18,395 nt of DNA from Cyanobacteria bacterium J06626_4 (GCA_038523235.1 JBCBJQ010000114.1:1-18395), one strand, 5' to 3'; positions 8,842 through 18,277 are shown, counted from the stretch's first letter. Notes: generated by a model from the sequence alone, not told the origin. A program made the numbers and translations.

Positions 8842-9405
8842 ATGTTCCTTAAAACGATGAGTTTCGTACCCTTACTGTTAGCACCTCTGATGCCTTTGGC
8901 TGTACCGACGATCGCCGCGGCCCAGCGCACGGCTCAGGCCCGATCAGCCGTCCAGATTCCAGTAGTAACTCAGTCTGACGAAACGCTCTATTTCAATCCC
9001 GACACGACCTATTCGCTACCGCTAGTAGTGGAATCAGCGGTGAACGTCAATGGTCGTAATTTGCCGGCGGGTACAGTGATTCAAGGTCGGTTAGAACCGG
9101 TGGAAGGAGGCTTGCGCTACGTGACCACGGGCATCGAAGCGGGGGGCCTGACTGAGCCCCTGGCGGCGACCTCCGTGGTGCTCACAGATATTAAAGACCC
9201 GCGCGAAACCTCCACTGGGTCAATTGCCGGCGATGCGGCCATTGGTGCGGCTGGCGGTGCGGTCATTGGCGCCGTGCTCGGCGATGGTATCAGCCTGCTG
9301 GAAATTCTCGGCGGAGCCGCTACCGGCGTCGTTGTGGGGAACGTCACGGCCCAGCGGGTGGTCATACTTGAACCCAATCAACCGGTGATCTTACAGACCC
9401 AATAG
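8842..9405 (+). CDS. Secreted conserved hypothetical protein with glycine-zipper C-terminus
   Basis: GGAGG RBS just upstream of ATG 8842; signal-like N-terminus; LPAGT.I.G.L.P beta region; GAAGGAVIGAVLG...GGAATGVVVG glycine zipper. Confidence 0.75.
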   Translation: MFLKTMSFVPLLLAPLMPLAVPTIAAAQRTAQARSAVQIPVVTQSDETLYFNPDTTYSLPLVVESAVNVNGRNLPAGTVIQGRLEPVEGGLRYVTTGIEAGGLTEPLAATSVVLTDIKDPRETSTGSIAGDAAIGAAGGAVIGAVLGDGISLLEILGGAATGVVVGNVTAQRVVILEPNQPVILQTQ

Positions 9406-9449
9406 CGGCTCGAAAAGGGTGCGTAAACGTCCGCACAAGGCAGCTTCGG

Positions 9450-10109
9450 CTAGCGGGAGGATTGCCGCTTACGAAGATAAATGGGCACCACTGACAACAG
9501 CCCGAGAAAGCCGACAGCGAGGGTTAAGGGCCAGAGCCCTTGACCCCGAATGGCATCCAGACCGGCCAGGCCAATCCAAGTGTAGGCGACAGTGCCAGGG
9601 GCGATGCCGACCAGCGTGCCCACCGAGTAGGCACCCACGGGTACCGATGTCAGGCCAAACAAAAAGTTGACCAGATTGAAGGGCGACAGCGGCGCAAACC
9701 GCACCGCCAACACACAGTTAAAGGAATGGGTATCCATCACCTGGTCGAGGTTGCGGTAGACCGGATGCTTAGCAAACCGATCACGAAACCAATCCTGCAG
9801 CAGATATCGCGCCACCCAAAAAGCCGCGATCGCCCCGCCGGTTGCCCCCATGAGTGACCACAGTGACCCCCACCACAGCCCAAATTTAGCGCCGCCCACT
9901 AAAACCAAAAACGTGCCTGGAATGCCCACCATCGTGGCAAAGACGTGAGCCGTCAAGAAGACCGGCACCGTCCAAGGGCCTAGATTACATAGCGCTGTCA
10001 GTAGCGCTTGAGGATTGAACAGAAGTGAAAGATGACGGGAAAAGACAACCAGAGTTAAGACCAGCAACACTAACAACCAAAAATAACCCTTACGAAACAC
10101 TGAACTCAT
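9450..10109 (-). CDS. DedA superfamily TVP38/TMEM64 (SNARE-associated) membrane protein
   Basis: IPGT...LVGGAKFG...G.LWS..GAT.GA..AF..ARYL and RFAPLSPFNLVNFLFGLT motifs. Confidence 0.93.
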   Translation of the reverse strand: MSSVFRKGYFWLLVLLVLTLVVFSRHLSLLFNPQALLTALCNLGPWTVPVFLTAHVFATMVGIPGTFLVLVGGAKFGLWWGSLWSLMGATGGAIAAFWVARYLLQDWFRDRFAKHPVYRNLDQVMDTHSFNCVLAVRFAPLSPFNLVNFLFGLTSVPVGAYSVGTLVGIAPGTVAYTWIGLAGLDAIRGQGLWPLTLAVGFLGLLSVVPIYLRKRQSSR

Positions 10110-10378
10110 GGCTGAATAACGGGTTTAAAGAATAGGTTGCTGGCGCGACACACATCTGAACCGGAGGCTCATTCTGTAGTTAAGGCAGTGGGTCAGTCAG
10201 CCCTAAATAGCTGTAGATGATGCGTCGAGGATACGACTCAGGGCTAGTTTAGCAAAGCCTCTACGGCATCATCACCGCAAGAGGGTTGAGTGCTCCCCAG
10301 ACTCAGCCCCTCACCATCAGAGCAAATCTAGTAAGGCTTGGTAGAAGTCTCTCTATTCCTTGGGACTGTCATCCATCT

Positions 10379-10399
10379 TGAACCCTGAATCGTGAACCC
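10379..10399 (+). repeat. Degenerate heptamer tandem repeat (STRR-like)
   Basis: TGAACCC TGAATCG TGAACCC in intergenic DNA. Confidence 0.4.
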
Positions 10400-10465
10400 C
10401 GATCATCGCGAGCAGTGAGTATATTTGCGCCGCACTCTACTAGCTACCGCCATGTTAACGCTGTT

Positions 10466-12082
10466 TTATAGCGGCATTTTCCGGTTTAAAAATCGCTCAA
10501 ACTCTTGAATAGGTACAGGTCTAGAAAAAAGCCATCCCTGTCCATAGTTGACCCCATGACTGAGCAAAAACAGACGTTGTTCCTCTGTTTCAATGCCCTC
10601 AGCCACCATTTTGAGATCTAGCTTCAAACCGAGCTCAATAATGCTTTCTAAAATATGAGTAATCTGCAAATCTTTATTGATCGCCGATATATAAAACTGG
10701 TCGATCTTTAGAATATCGATCTCCATTTGATGAAGATAACTCAAGCTAGAATAGCCCTTGCCAAAGTCATCGAGAGCAACGCGACTGCCCAAAGTGCGTA
10801 GACGAGCCAGAATATCGGTAGTGGTCGTACCTGGCCGGATGGCGGCAGCAGTTTCAGTGACTTCGAAGACAAACCGATGAGGCGTACAGGGATCTAACGA
10901 CTGTAGCCAAGCTATGACGGCATCAATGTTGCCAGAATTCAGCTGAGCGGGAGAAAGATTGATAGACGTGTAGAGGCCTGAAAATTTTTGATATAGCGGG
11001 GCCTGTTCGTGAGCAACTTGTTTAATTACCCAAGCTCCAATTTTATTGATCAAGCCGGTCTTTTCGGCAATGGGAATAAACAAACTGGGTGGGAGAATAC
11101 CCTGCTCTGGATGATACCAACGAAGAAGCGCTTCAGACCCAATACAATCTTCAGTTTGCAGATCAAGAATCGGTTGATAGTGCACCACTAATTCTTGATG
11201 TTCTAAACCAATTGACAGCTCGCGATCTAATCCTTCAGATTGCTTTACCATCCGTGTGGTTAAAATAAATATGATGCCGCTACATAATGCGGCGACGGGG
11301 CAACCGAGAAACAGCATACGCTGCCATCCGGCGAGCGCCCAATCTTTGGAAATTTCGGCAATGACCAGCACTTCAGCATTTTGTGAAATCTGAGAAACTT
11401 GAATTCGATTCGCCTTCTGATCAAGATTGATCGTGCCCAACGTCGGCAAATTGCCTTGGCCTGCTAACACCTGACCGTTGCGGATATTGACATAGGCGAG
11501 AAAGCCATCGGTTCCCAAGGCAGAAGACTGAGATGCGCCCCAGGGTGCCGTTAAGATCACCGGATTAACGAGGGCATTCACTTCCCCGAGTCCCTCAGTA
11601 GGCAAACTCAGAATAATGGATTCTTCTCCCATGACAATGGTTCGCTCTCGTCCCACAATTTGTAGTGCAGAAGTGCGAGCATCGGAGCGATGTTCCAGAT
11701 CGATCAATTCAGGTGGGCTCACGACACCGAGGCTAGTTAAGACCAAAAAACCTTGCTCATTAACAATCCCAATTTCTCGAAATAAAGGATTTTCATAAAC
11801 GATTCTCTCCAGGCTTTCTTCAGCCTTAGGATCGTTTAGATCAATCGTATTAGAAACATCAAGCAGAATTTCATTGCCAGTTTTCAAGACCGTATCAATG
11901 CGGCGGACGCCCTCATCAACAGTGACTTCGAGTGAGATTCTGGCACTGTTCACATATTCGTAGTAGGAGATGCCGAGGAATAAGGTAGGCGGAATCAGGC
12001 TGGCCCCTAAAATCCATCCTAAAAACGGAAGATATCTCCTTAAACGACCTCTCATATCTCCATAACCTGAATACTGAGTCAT
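10466..12082 (-). CDS. Membrane-bound EAL-domain c-di-GMP phosphodiesterase with periplasmic CSS/Cache-like sensor
   Basis: Two TM helices flank a ~210-aa extracytoplasmic domain. The EAL domain has YQPI, EALLRW, SINLS, FEVTE, LDDFGKGYSSLSYL, LKID, AEGIE and QGWLFSRP. No GGDEF. Start uncertain (TTG 12091, ATG 12082 or ATG 12055). Confidence 0.9.
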   Translation of the reverse strand: MTQYSGYGDMRGRLRRYLPFLGWILGASLIPPTLFLGISYYEYVNSARISLEVTVDEGVRRIDTVLKTGNEILLDVSNTIDLNDPKAEESLERIVYENPLFREIGIVNEQGFLVLTSLGVVSPPELIDLEHRSDARTSALQIVGRERTIVMGEESIILSLPTEGLGEVNALVNPVILTAPWGASQSSALGTDGFLAYVNIRNGQVLAGQGNLPTLGTINLDQKANRIQVSQISQNAEVLVIAEISKDWALAGWQRMLFLGCPVAALCSGIIFILTTRMVKQSEGLDRELSIGLEHQELVVHYQPILDLQTEDCIGSEALLRWYHPEQGILPPSLFIPIAEKTGLINKIGAWVIKQVAHEQAPLYQKFSGLYTSINLSPAQLNSGNIDAVIAWLQSLDPCTPHRFVFEVTETAAAIRPGTTTTDILARLRTLGSRVALDDFGKGYSSLSYLHQMEIDILKIDQFYISAINKDLQITHILESIIELGLKLDLKMVAEGIETEEQRLFLLSHGVNYGQGWLFSRPVPIQEFERFLNRKMPL

Positions 12083-12362
12083 ACAAATCAAACAGCAGTT
12101 TTGTATGACATTAAGGCGAACTACTATGAGCTTTGCCGCGATCGCGCCTTATTCCTTCTGCCAAGGCAAAGTGTACCCGATCAAAGTCCTCGCGTTCCCA
12201 TGCCGCTGCCGGCGCGTCAGGCAACCCTGGGTTAGGCTCGCGAGCTTATTGGGAGGGCGCGAGCGGCATCAAACCTATCCACAGCGCTAGGGCATGATTT
12301 TGATGAGGGGGGGCCTTTCCCATAATTCCCTCTGTCCTCTCTCTTCAAGCCACTATGTCCCC

Positions 12363-13136
12363 TTAAGGCAGGTACCCAAGCTCCTCTGTTTGCAGCATGT
12401 CCAGTGCCTCATCCACCGTACTCACGCCCCAATCAGTCAACCTCCGACTGGCAACTTCATCCATTGGAAAATAGCCGCCCTCATTGTTATAGATTGTCGT
12501 CACTGGAAACGGCTCACTCCCGGTTGGCCCCATACCCGTGATGTAGTCAGCAATCACCACCACGACTTCATAGCCCTGGTACAGCCAAAATGAAACTGCC
12601 TGGGTTTCCCACAACAGCCAGGAATCACTATCCAGATTGGCAGGCAACTGCTCCAGCAGTGTCCCATCCGGCAACATCAGGTAAATGGCTAAATCATTGA
12701 CGGCAATGCTGGGTTCTGAAACTGCTTCTGTGAGGACAAAGGCCACCTCGCCAATATCATGCAGGTTGACCCAAAAGCTCTGATCAGGATTAATCTGGCG
12801 TTCTGCGGCGGGCAGATTACGCTCTACCCAGCCGAGTTCGGCGGGGGTGAGCAGCCGCGACGCACTCAGTTCAAGGACTGCAGCCGTAGCTGGTGAGGTA
12901 GCAGTCGCGGGAGGCGCTATTTGAACAGGGGCAGTTGTCGGCTCTGGGGCAACTGGAGCCACCTCAGCCGGGGCAACTTCGGCGTTAGTGCTTTCAGCCG
13001 TCGCAGCTTCCAGTTCAGAAACCTCAGCCGGGGACGTTTCGGCAGTGGGTGAGGAGCCGCCACAGCTCATAAGCAGACAGGTTGTCCCCACTAAAGTAAA
13101 AGTGCGCCAGGGGCATAAGGCAGAGGGACGGGGCAT
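12363..13136 (-). CDS. Putative lipoprotein with Ala/Pro/Thr/Glu-rich linker and unknown C-terminal domain
   Basis: Lipobox-like LLMS-C after a hydrophobic stretch, a low-complexity linker (SPAEV/APAEV repeats), then a globular domain. Start ATG 13136 or TTG 13151. Confidence 0.7.
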   Translation of the reverse strand: MPRPSALCPWRTFTLVGTTCLLMSCGGSSPTAETSPAEVSELEAATAESTNAEVAPAEVAPVAPEPTTAPVQIAPPATATSPATAAVLELSASRLLTPAELGWVERNLPAAERQINPDQSFWVNLHDIGEVAFVLTEAVSEPSIAVNDLAIYLMLPDGTLLEQLPANLDSDSWLLWETQAVSFWLYQGYEVVVVIADYITGMGPTGSEPFPVTTIYNNEGGYFPMDEVASRRLTDWGVSTVDEALDMLQTEELGYLP

Positions 13137-13493
13137 CGATGGCAGCCTCAAGTTTGGGTAAGAAAAAAGGTGAAATCAGAAAACCTTCATCTCTGGATAA
13201 TCAAAAGGGTGCCCAAAGTTGAGTTTGCAGGCTTGACATAGCGCCGTTTCCGCTTGGATGGGTTATTTTGCCCCCCGACTCGACTGACAGCGGCAATAGA
13301 TTGATGCCCCCCGGTTTTTGAAGCCTAACGCCTGTTTTTGAAGAGGGATTGAGTTTTCCGCTAAACAAAACTCTCATTAGCATTTTTAAACGCTCCTGGT
13401 CTGAATTAATTGCTGGCCAAACTTGTGGAATTTATTCACTTTTTGGTGGCTTAAACCATCCTAGATACCGCCATAATTCTCCTGAAGTGGGAA

Positions 13494-14889
13494 ATGCACG
13501 TATCCGTTGTGACTCATCAAGAAAACGGACGGACAGACGAGCAAACAGAGGTTCAGGCCGAGCGGTGAGCGCGGGCTTGGCTCAAAACCTGGCTGGCGAT
13601 CGCGGGCACTGGTCTGGTCACTGGGGGCAGCCTCGGCTAGCTGGGCTGGCGCGAACTGCAGAGCGCTTTCCCGCAGCCATCAGCGAAGAACTCAGTGAGG
13701 CTCTCGGTCGCCCCATTCACCTCGGTGAACTGCAGCGGTTTGGGCTGACAGGATTGCGCTTTGGCGAAACCATCTTGCCCCCCACCGCCGATGATTTCAC
13801 CTGGGCTCGGGTAGAAGCCACCGATATTTCGCTTAATCCGCTAGATCTGCTGTTGCGGCGCACCTTTCGACCGAATTTGTTGCTCATCCATCCCGAAGTG
13901 GCCATTAAGCAACGGTTCGATCGCACCTGGTTGTTAAACCCACCCGACTCTTCGGTGGAAAACGAAGGTAAAATTCGCACTGAAATCGGCAGTATTCGGG
14001 TGCGCAACGCCGACATTATTGTGGGACCAGTCTTGCGCCAAGCAATTGTGCAAGCCCCGCCAGGGTTTTCGAGCGCTCAGCTGATTGTGCTCGAAAACGT
14101 CAACCAGAGCGTCCGGTTCCACGGCGAAAGGAATCACCTGGTGTCGATCAATCTCGGCGGGCGGCTGAAAAATGGCACCTTCCGCCTACGGGGCACAGGC
14201 GACATTGAGACGGGCAAGACAAATCTCACCCTCTATGGCAGAAAGCTGTGGATCGATACGATTAACCTTGGATCCCGATCGCGGCTTCGACCCCTACATT
14301 GATCTGATGTTTGCTGGTGACTTTCCGCTGCAGCGTCAATATGATCTGCCCACCGCTAATGATTTTGCGATCGGCAACAATTCCGAAATCCCTGACCTCG
14401 ATCCCTTGGCAGGGCTGACTCTCTTTGATGAAATTGCGATCGAAGCGCGGATTGAGGGCCATATCAGTGAAGGCGTCAATAGATTGACGCTGACCAGTTC
14501 ACCGGCCTATTCCCAAGACCGTTTACTCAGCATGTTGACCGGCGGCTACCTGGCAGATTTGCCAGAGGGCTCCCGTCGCTAGCGACGGGAGCCAATCTGA
14601 GTCTTTGCCTTCTTTACGGAGCAGCAAGATGCCCTCAGCATTCGTCGCCTGCGACTAGGAGCGTCCACCACTTTACCTGGTGACAACGGTGGCCTGTTTG
14701 GCGTCGGGGGGGGGGGTGAGCGCGGGCCTTACCGACAACTTCTCAGCCGAACTGGTGCAAATTATCAACCGCACCCAGCCCTATCAGCTCAACCTGCAAT
14801 ATCGGCTCAATAATGAACTGGGGATCGGCGGCTCCACGGATTTCTCCGATGAAAGCCGCCTCTTTATGCAGTACCGCATCAATTTTTAG
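13494..14889 (+). pseudogene. tamB: TamB/AsmA-like (DUF748 N-term + DUF490 C-term) pseudogene
   Basis: The frame from ATG 13494 has in-frame TGA (13566) and TAG (13638) around a TM anchor. It shifts into 'ISEELSEALGRPIHLGELQRFGLTGLRFG', jumps at ~14265 to the C-terminal 'DPDRGFDPYID...LTLTSSP.YSQDRLLSML.GG', shifts again at ~14570, ~14600 and the G11 tract, and ends '[31 protein letters not shown]'. Confidence 0.85.
14568..14593. repeat. Perfect 26-bp palindrome inside the pseudogene
   Basis: GGCTCCCGTCGCT|AGCGACGGGAGCC. Confidence 0.9.
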
Positions 14890-14959
14890 ACTCGATTGTA
14901 GAACAGAGGACGTCGAGATCAACCGATACAATAGGCTTTTGCTGAGCACGATCGCCCCT

Positions 14960-15730
14960 ATGGAAGTTATTCCCGCCATTGACCTGCTAACGGGTCGCTG
15001 TGTTCGCCTTTATCAGGGCGACTACGAACAATCTCAGGTCTTTGATGAAAATCCCGTTGAGGTCGCCCGGCGGTGGGCTGAATCCGGGGCCACACGTCTG
15101 CACCTAGTCGATTTAGATGGTGCTAAAGCGGGCCAGCCCGAAAATTGGCAGGCGATCGCCGCCATCGCCGCTGCTGTTAACGTGCCGATCGAGGTGGGGG
15201 GCGGTCTGCGCGATCGTGATCGGGTAGCAGCCCTGTTTGACCTGGGAGTGCAGTACGCCATTCTGGGCACCGCTGCGGTTGAAAATCCTGATCTAGTCAG
15301 CACTCTCAGCACCGAATTTCCCGGACAAATAATAGTGGGGATCGATGCCCGCGATGGCAAGGTCGCCACACGCGGCTGGCTCGAAACCTCAGCCGTCGAG
15401 GCGATCGCTTTGGCCCAAGACATGGCACAACGGGGAGCAGCCGCCATTATCTACACCGACATCAAACGCGACGGCACCCTCAAAGGCCCCAACCTAGAAG
15501 CGCTGCGGGCGATCGCTGAAGCAACAACCGTACCCATCATCGCTTCCGGTGGCGTCAGCTCCGTCACCGACCTGCTCAGCCTGCTGACGTTAGAAAGACT
15601 CGGCGTCAACGGCGTCATTGTCGGCAAAGCGCTCTACACCGGCGACATCATTCTGAAAGAAGCCCTCCGCGCTGTCGGCCCCGGTCGCTGGCAAGATGTA
15701 CCCACCGATATCGGCCCTTCCTTTGCTTAA
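14960..15730 (+). CDS. hisA: ProFAR isomerase (HisA)
   Basis: [55 protein letters not shown] and GKALY motifs. Start ATG 14960; a TACAAT -10-like hexamer lies at 14927-14932. Confidence 0.97.
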   Translation: MEVIPAIDLLTGRCVRLYQGDYEQSQVFDENPVEVARRWAESGATRLHLVDLDGAKAGQPENWQAIAAIAAAVNVPIEVGGGLRDRDRVAALFDLGVQYAILGTAAVENPDLVSTLSTEFPGQIIVGIDARDGKVATRGWLETSAVEAIALAQDMAQRGAAAIIYTDIKRDGTLKGPNLEALRAIAEATTVPIIASGGVSSVTDLLSLLTLERLGVNGVIVGKALYTGDIILKEALRAVGPGRWQDVPTDIGPSFA

Positions 15731-15792
15731 AGGCCAAAACCTGAAGCGAACAATTGGCCTACACCGCCAGCCGCATTTTGGTCAAGTCAATT

Positions 15793-15827
15793 AAAAACCG
15801 GAGCGGAAATTGACTTTCCGATCCGGT
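15793..15827 (-). terminator. Intrinsic terminator of the minus-strand gene 15870-16262
   Basis: Stem ACCGGA-g-CGGAAA / TTTCCG-a-TCCGGT with a 5-nt loop; the A-run at 15793-15797 gives a U-tail on the minus strand. Confidence 0.7.
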
Positions 15828-15869
15828 CAAGGGTAAACAACCTAACGAACGCATCAAGTCGCCGGCCAG

Positions 15870-16262
15870 CTAGCTATTACCTTGCTGAGCTTTCATGGTT
15901 TCAATTTCCTGACGGAGCGTTGACAGCTCCTGAGTCAGCGCGTCTAACTCAGCCTGCATCGAGGCATCGGCCACCGGACTAGCATAGGTATCAACCGTCG
16001 CTTCCGACGCGGGGGTCGGCGCAAACGGATTTGGCATTTGCCCCATCTGACTCATGACTGAATCTACGACCGTCCTCGCTTCTTGCTCAGTGACGGCCCC
16101 TTTGGCTTCGAGTTCTTGAGCCAGGACATCAAAATCAGTGATGCTCCCAAACTTCTCTTGAGAAGCTTGGGGATCGCGAAAGGCATCCACTAAAGATGCC
16201 GTAGCGCCAAGGGTGACGCGAAAACCTTTTTGAATTGTTTCAGTCAGCGTCTCTGGATTCAT
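15870..16262 (-). CDS. Conserved cyanobacterial phasin/PhaF-like coiled-coil protein
   Basis: QKGFRVTLGATASL...LEAKG.VTEQEAR..VD pattern and a C-terminal coiled coil (ELDALTQELSTLRQEIE); TAGAAT -10-like hexamer at 16316-16321 on the minus strand. Confidence 0.6.
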   Translation of the reverse strand: MNPETLTETIQKGFRVTLGATASLVDAFRDPQASQEKFGSITDFDVLAQELEAKGAVTEQEARTVVDSVMSQMGQMPNPFAPTPASEATVDTYASPVADASMQAELDALTQELSTLRQEIETMKAQQGNS

Positions 16263-16718
16263 AAGAAACCGTTGAACCTCTTTAATCTGTTCACGGATGG
16301 CGTTTCAACAGGTCGATTCTAGCGTGGGACGGCAAGGGAAGCTGATACTTACGAGCGCTTCAGCCGCTGAGCAGAGAATCTTTAATTAGCCGGGCAACTG
16401 ACCCCGGAATTCGAGAGCACGGCTCCAGCAATGGGCGAATCCACCTGATAGCCAGTTGAAATAGCGGCCAGCCCTGATCCACGAATTATGATTATTGATG
16501 TATTGAGATTTTATTTATAAGTTCTCGATAAGGTGAGATATCTTCAAGCGCGCTAATTACAATCAAGGAATAATCCCTGAAAAAGAAGGCTTTCAGCCGA
16601 CGAAAGAAAATTAAGCTGCCAGCAAGACAGTACATTCAAACTATAAATTCTGTCTTCTTTCAATGAATGATCACCGATTTTTTCGGGTTTACGGTGGTAA
16701 CCAAATTGTTTATGCGGC

Positions 16719-16724
16719 TACAAT
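16719..16724 (+). promoter_or_regulatory. Candidate -10 box for sigA
   Basis: TACAAT about 250 nt upstream of the sigA ATG, directly followed by a stem-loop; no clear -35 box. Confidence 0.4.
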
Positions 16725-16975
16725 CGTGTGAGGCAAGTCACAACTCGCAGTTTGAAGTTGGCTTGCTGACACACGCAAAGGTTTTTTAGGATAGCTAGAA
16801 TCAATTCTGATCGTTTTTTGGTGAATGGTCGCCACTGTTGCCTTAGTAATTTAGGTTGTCTAACGTACATTTTTTGAGACATCCTGCCCTGAGGCCGCAG
16901 AAAAAACGAAATGCTAAGCTGAACAAACCCTTGATTTTGAAAGCATCACGCACGAAGGAGCACGAGGAACGCGGC

Positions 16976-18100
16976 ATGACTCAAGCGAAAGAATTGCTCG
17001 GCGCAATTAAGCCACAGAATGAGTTGGAACTCTTGATTGAAGGAGACGGCAACTCATCTAAGTTCAATGATTCGGATGATGCAGCTGCGGTTAAAGCTCC
17101 CGCCAAAGCGACCAAGGGTAAAACGACTCGTCGCACCCAAACCAAAAAGAAGCACTACACCGAGGACTCCATTCGGCTTTATTTGCAAGAGATTGGTCGC
17201 ATTCGACTGCTGCGGGCTGAAGAAGAAATTGAACTGGCGCGCAAGATTGCTGACTTGCTTGAGCTTGAGCGCATTCGCGACGATTTGATGGATGGCCTCG
17301 ACCATGAACCCACTGATGCTGAGTGGGCTGAGGCGGTCGATATGCCGCTACTTGCTTTTCAGAAGCGGCTTCACCTCGGACGCCGCGCCAAAGACAAAAT
17401 GGTGCAGTCCAACTTGCGCTTGGTTGTTTCGATCGCCAAGAAGTATATGAATCGCGGCCTGTCTTTTCAGGATCTCATTCAGGAAGGTAGCTTGGGTCTA
17501 ATCCGCGCCGCTGAAAAGTTTGACCACGAGAAGGGTTATAAGTTCTCTACCTATGCAACTTGGTGGATTCGCCAGGCCATTACTCGCGCGATCGCTGACC
17601 AGTCCCGTACAATCCGTCTACCGGTTCACCTGTACGAGACGATTTCCCGCATCAAAAAGACGACTAAGCTCCTTTCTCAAGAGATGGGTCGTAAGCCCAC
17701 CGAGGAAGAAATCGCCACTCGCATGGAAATGACCATCGAGAAGCTGCGTTTCATCGCGAAGTCGGCTCAACTCCCCATTTCGCTTGAAACTCCCATTGGT
17801 AAGGAAGAGGATTCTCGCCTGGGTGACTTCATCGAATCCGATGGTGAAACCCCTGAAGATGAGGTTTCTAAGAGCCTACTCCGCGAGGACCTGGAGGGTG
17901 TGCTCGGTACCCTGAGCCCTCGTGAGCGTGACGTGCTACGTCTCCGCTATGGTCTTGATGATGGTCGCATGAAGACACTGGAAGAAATCGGTCAGACGTT
18001 TAACGTTACCCGTGAGCGCATCCGTCAAATTGAAGCCAAGGCTCTGCGCAAGCTGCGTCATCCCAACCGCAACAGCGTCCTCAAAGAGTACATTCGCTAA
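16976..18100 (+). CDS. sigA: Principal (group 1) RNA polymerase sigma factor
   Basis: GAGGA RBS then MTQA start; [72 protein letters not shown], and C-terminal [16 protein letters not shown] typical of cyanobacterial RpoD1/SigA. Confidence 0.97.
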   Translation: MTQAKELLGAIKPQNELELLIEGDGNSSKFNDSDDAAAVKAPAKATKGKTTRRTQTKKKHYTEDSIRLYLQEIGRIRLLRAEEEIELARKIADLLELERIRDDLMDGLDHEPTDAEWAEAVDMPLLAFQKRLHLGRRAKDKMVQSNLRLVVSIAKKYMNRGLSFQDLIQEGSLGLIRAAEKFDHEKGYKFSTYATWWIRQAITRAIADQSRTIRLPVHLYETISRIKKTTKLLSQEMGRKPTEEEIATRMEMTIEKLRFIAKSAQLPISLETPIGKEEDSRLGDFIESDGETPEDEVSKSLLREDLEGVLGTLSPRERDVLRLRYGLDDGRMKTLEEIGQTFNVTRERIRQIEAKALRKLRHPNRNSVLKEYIR

Positions 18101-18141
18101 TCGAATTCTAGTCGGTTCTATGAACCCACTTTGAAGCTTCA

Positions 18142-18177
18142 AAAAGCCCCAGGTAATTGCCTGGGGCTTTTCGTTTT
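18142..18177 (+). terminator. Rho-independent (likely bidirectional) terminator after sigA
   Basis: AAAAGCCCCAGG-taattg-CCTGGGGCTTTTcgtttt. Confidence 0.9.
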
Positions 18178-18277
18178 GCCCTCACAATGAATGCGATGAC
18201 TGACTGCCGCCAGGTGACGTAGCAGAAGTCGGCATGCAGAGATCGGAAGTCGGAATTGAAAAGCCTGTTAGCTTTCT

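Larger units (their letters stand above)
1190..17595. repeat. Dispersed HIP1 octamers GCGATCGC (at least 19 copies)
   Basis: Counted by eye at 1190, 1567, 2271, 3511, 4309, 5343, 5809, 6038, 7459, 7545, 7766, 8538, 9826, 12138, 13596, 15152, 15401, 15509 and 17588. Confidence 0.92.

Noticed and set aside
9834..12137. HIP1-free gap as stand-alone proof of horizontal transfer
   Set aside because: A similar ~2 kb gap occurs at 15517-17587 in native DNA, so it is only weak support.
14275..14284. HIP1-mediated deletion at the tamB junction
   Set aside because: The site is CCGATCGC (7/8 match) and lies inside the C-terminal fragment, downstream of the apparent junction.
13349..14302. Intact 317-aa protein from the ORF track
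   Set aside because: The first ~100 residues are out-of-frame read-through; the real N-terminus is in another frame with stops. It is part of the pseudogene.
16856..16975. N-terminal extension of SigA (likewise 14813-14959 for HisA and 3930-4082 for AroC)
   Set aside because: Family-typical N-termini begin at the downstream ATGs; the extensions are non-homologous or overlap neighbouring genes.
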